Shown here piece by piece: positions 46,147 to 48,418 of a stretch of DNA of 48,418 nt. Origin of the DNA: Spirochaetota bacterium (lineage in GTDB: Bacteria; Spirochaetota; Leptospiria; Turneriellales; Turneriellaceae); assembly GCA_017302045.1 (NCBI GenBank), contig JAFLED010000001.1, positions 943-49,360 on the forward strand, in the 5' to 3' direction. The notes under the pieces were generated by a model. The model was not told the DNA's origin and made no database searches. It saw only the letters and a program-made list of their open reading frames with translations. Every line of letters begins with the position of its first letter. Position 1 is the first letter of the stretch. Position numbers and translations under genes: made by a program.

Positions 46147-46685
46147 AAGGTTGGATATCCGTCTGTGTTTTTGCGACTGCGGTATCAGCGCAAAGCCACG
46201 ATCTGAAGACCGAAAAAGATAAACTCGCCAAGATCGAAGCGGCGATCAAGACCGAAAATAATGCGGTCTTTCTTGCCGAGTGCGAGGCTTTGCTCGACCG
46301 GCACCGTATCAACGCGCTGGCCTGGTATACCTGCGGCAAATACCTGCTTTCCGTTAAAGAGAGCGACCCCCGCCAGGCGCGCAGCAATGCGAAACTGGCT
46401 TATAACAGACTCAAACTCGCCGCCGATGATTTTTCGCGCACCGGAAAGCAGGTTTATTTTGCCCTCGACGCCGAGCAGTATTTAGGCCTCGCGGCGATAC
46501 TTTTCGGCGATCTCGACCGGGCGCAGGTGCATTTTCGCAAGGTGCTGGCGCGCGACAACCGCATGCCTGCTGCTTGGTATAATCTCGGCGTCATTTACGA
46601 ACTCAAAGGCCTGCAAGAAGAGTCGATGCGCGCCTTCGACCGCTACCTGCGTCTGAAAGGCGGCGGTGACGCGATGGATTTCTGA
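46143..46685 (+). CDS. Exported TPR protein
   Basis: Signal peptide; AWYNLGVIYELKG.QEESMRAFDRYL. Confidence 0.8.
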   Translation: MKGWISVCVFATAVSAQSHDLKTEKDKLAKIEAAIKTENNAVFLAECEALLDRHRINALAWYTCGKYLLSVKESDPRQARSNAKLAYNRLKLAADDFSRTGKQVYFALDAEQYLGLAAILFGDLDRAQVHFRKVLARDNRMPAAWYNLGVIYELKGLQEESMRAFDRYLRLKGGGDAMDF

Positions 46686-47345
46686 TTATTTCAGCTCTTG
46701 TGTCGCTTTTTTCCAGGCATCGCTTTTTTCGAGCTGCTGGTGTTCGTCGTACAGTTTCTTGGTCGGCTCTTTACCGAGATCTACCTGTTCTTTTTTTATG
46801 TCTGAACCGTTGTACTTCAGGGCAGTGCCCGAGTTGAGTTCGATGTCGTTCAGAAAATCCTGCATCATCAGATTGGGGTCGCTCTGCAGGCCCGATTCAC
46901 GCACGAAGTCTGTCATAATGACCTTACCGGTAAAGAGAACGATACGCGCCGAGGATTTCGCCGCCTCTACTGAGAAGGCGGTTCCGCGGACACCCGCCGT
47001 GACCACGGGAGTTTTGATTGCCCACTTGCCGTTGTTATGTTTACCTTCTTTGCGAAAAATCATGCTGATGGTGCCGTCACCCTGATAATAATTCGAGCCG
47101 GGTTTGATCTCGAGCGTGCTACGCTGGCTGACAAAAAAAGATGCTCCATCTGACATCTGAATCCCAACTTTCGCACCGTTGCCCGTGCTGATAGTGTCGC
47201 CCTCTTTGAGGTTGGTGCCGAGTTTTGCGGCTGCGGCTTTGCCGCCGCTTCTGATTTCAGCGCTACCCGAGAGATAGGTGATTTTACCTTCGACGGCAAA
47301 AAGGCCGCCGCAGCTAATTATAAGTGTCGTGAGCAAAGCTTTCAT
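46686..47345 (-). CDS. FecR-domain protein
   Basis: KITYLSG...LKEGDTISTG...DG...IKTPVVTAGVRGTAF; AGGAGG RBS before ATG 47345. Confidence 0.85.
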   Translation of the reverse strand: MKALLTTLIISCGGLFAVEGKITYLSGSAEIRSGGKAAAAKLGTNLKEGDTISTGNGAKVGIQMSDGASFFVSQRSTLEIKPGSNYYQGDGTISMIFRKEGKHNNGKWAIKTPVVTAGVRGTAFSVEAAKSSARIVLFTGKVIMTDFVRESGLQSDPNLMMQDFLNDIELNSGTALKYNGSDIKKEQVDLGKEPTKKLYDEHQQLEKSDAWKKATQELK

Positions 47346-47397
47346 TTGTACCCTCCTTCCTTTTATTAGACGGCAGAAACCCGGAATTCGGTCAGTT

Positions 47398-48418
47398 TCA
47401 ATAGTGGTATCTCGCCGATATCGCGCTGAAGAAAGTGTCAAGTTTGAAGGCATTCGCATTCATCGCCAGGTCGACCTGGACTTTTTCCGCGGGGGTCCAT
47501 CCTAACCCCATAGCGACCAGCAGTTCGTCGTCGGCGTAAAAGCTGGTTTCGGTGGTGTTGCTGGTAGTCGCAGTTTTGTCGACGGTCTTTTTATTCGAAA
47601 TCACATTCTTGCGGACCCCGATACGTGTCTTCAGGGTTTCAAAAGTCTTATGTTCTGCGGCAACGCCGAGCGGAATAAAGAACTGCGTGATACTGAGTTC
47701 GTTGTTGTATGTCGCCGGTGCGATGTTATCGGCCATCGCGAGAGTCATGCTCGTCGAACCGACACCCGCAGAGTAAATGATCTTTAACTTACCCTCCTGG
47801 AAATTCTGGTGGTACGCGAGATCGACGTTGAGGTTGAAGACCTTGGTCGAGCCGTCGCGCGAACGCAGCACATTGGTGGTGGTAGCGCCGCGGATTTCGT
47901 ATGGCACCTTAAAAGTATCGACGTTCACGGCGGCGATGAGTTTATCCTGCCCGACCGGCATCACATAACGGGTAAGAACTCCCAGCGAGAACGGTGTGCC
48001 GCTCTTGATGCTGATGTTTTCGTTTCCGGCCGCAATCGTGTTATTGTATTCCAGTTTCACAATAGGGAAATCGCTCGAAAGAGCGACGTCGAGGTAACCG
48101 GGACCGAAGTCTTTTACCTGCACACCGAGACCCGCACCGATATTATGCGAGTTCGTGGCGAAGTTCGCGTTGTAGTTTGCAGTCGTATCCGTCTTCTGCT
48201 GGTTATGTTTGACATTCGCATAGCTCAGTCGCGCCCCGAAATTCAGTTTGCCCATAGCGATTCCATACATGAGATCGACATTACCAAAACCCTTCTTTGC
48301 TTTATCGAGAATGCTGAACGCGGTGTTTCCGGTGGTTGTGCCCGTGTCGCCGGTAAAGGTCGAACCACCCCCGTTCAAAAATCCCGCTTCGGGATATTTG
48401 CTAAATAATGTTTCTGTC
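47398..48418 (-). CDS. Outer-membrane beta-barrel-like protein (5' end outside the window)
   Basis: Frame open to the window edge; amphipathic strands; aromatic C-terminus ISARYHY. Confidence 0.65.
   Translation of the reverse strand, partial: TETLFSKYPEAGFLNGGGSTFTGDTGTTTGNTAFSILDKAKKGFGNVDLMYGIAMGKLNFGARLSYANVKHNQQKTDTTANYNANFATNSHNIGAGLGVQVKDFGPGYLDVALSSDFPIVKLEYNNTIAAGNENISIKSGTPFSLGVLTRYVMPVGQDKLIAAVNVDTFKVPYEIRGATTTNVLRSRDGSTKVFNLNVDLAYHQNFQEGKLKIIYSAGVGSTSMTLAMADNIAPATYNNELSITQFFIPLGVAAEHKTFETLKTRIGVRKNVISNKKTVDKTATTSNTTETSFYADDELLVAMGLGWTPAEKVQVDLAMNANAFKLDTFFSAISARYHY

Overview
A 48.4-kb, gene-dense bacterial chromosomal window of moderate GC. The gene styles (short SMC, Maf/DUF115, SpoIIE-type sensor phosphatase, FecR and MMPL proteins) suggest a Leptospiraceae/Turneriella-like spirochete; this is an inference, not a database result. 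The left part (2.3-13 kb, minus strand) is an ArsR-associated run of about 22 mostly coupled genes: 10 SRPBCC/AHA1-CalC-like genes (11 domains), 2 VOC, 2 DoxX, GST, an AAC(6')-like GNAT, YdeI/OmpD, a stand-alone RpoA-CTD-like protein and a RibD/DHFR-like protein. Three of its genes are broken, including an internally deleted DUF1428 remnant missing from the ORF track. Next is a divergent Fic gene preceded by three TTCAY-N18-RTGAA dyads at an exact 51-bp period. It is followed by TetR/ABA4, MarR/DoxX/CDGSH and ECF42/YciI/DoxX modules and a FecR/beta-barrel module. A lipid-oxidation neighbourhood at 25-38 kb holds a DesA3-like desaturase plus reductase, a DEGS1-like sphingolipid desaturase next to an FA2H-like hydroxylase, an AGMO-like enzyme, a hemerythrin and trhP. 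The window also has a PhnD-like binding protein coupled to a HAMP-SpoIIE phosphatase, an apparently hingeless 897-aa SMC, Maf, MMPL, TPR, FecR and a partial outer-membrane protein. No rRNA, tRNA, CRISPR array or transposase was recognised.
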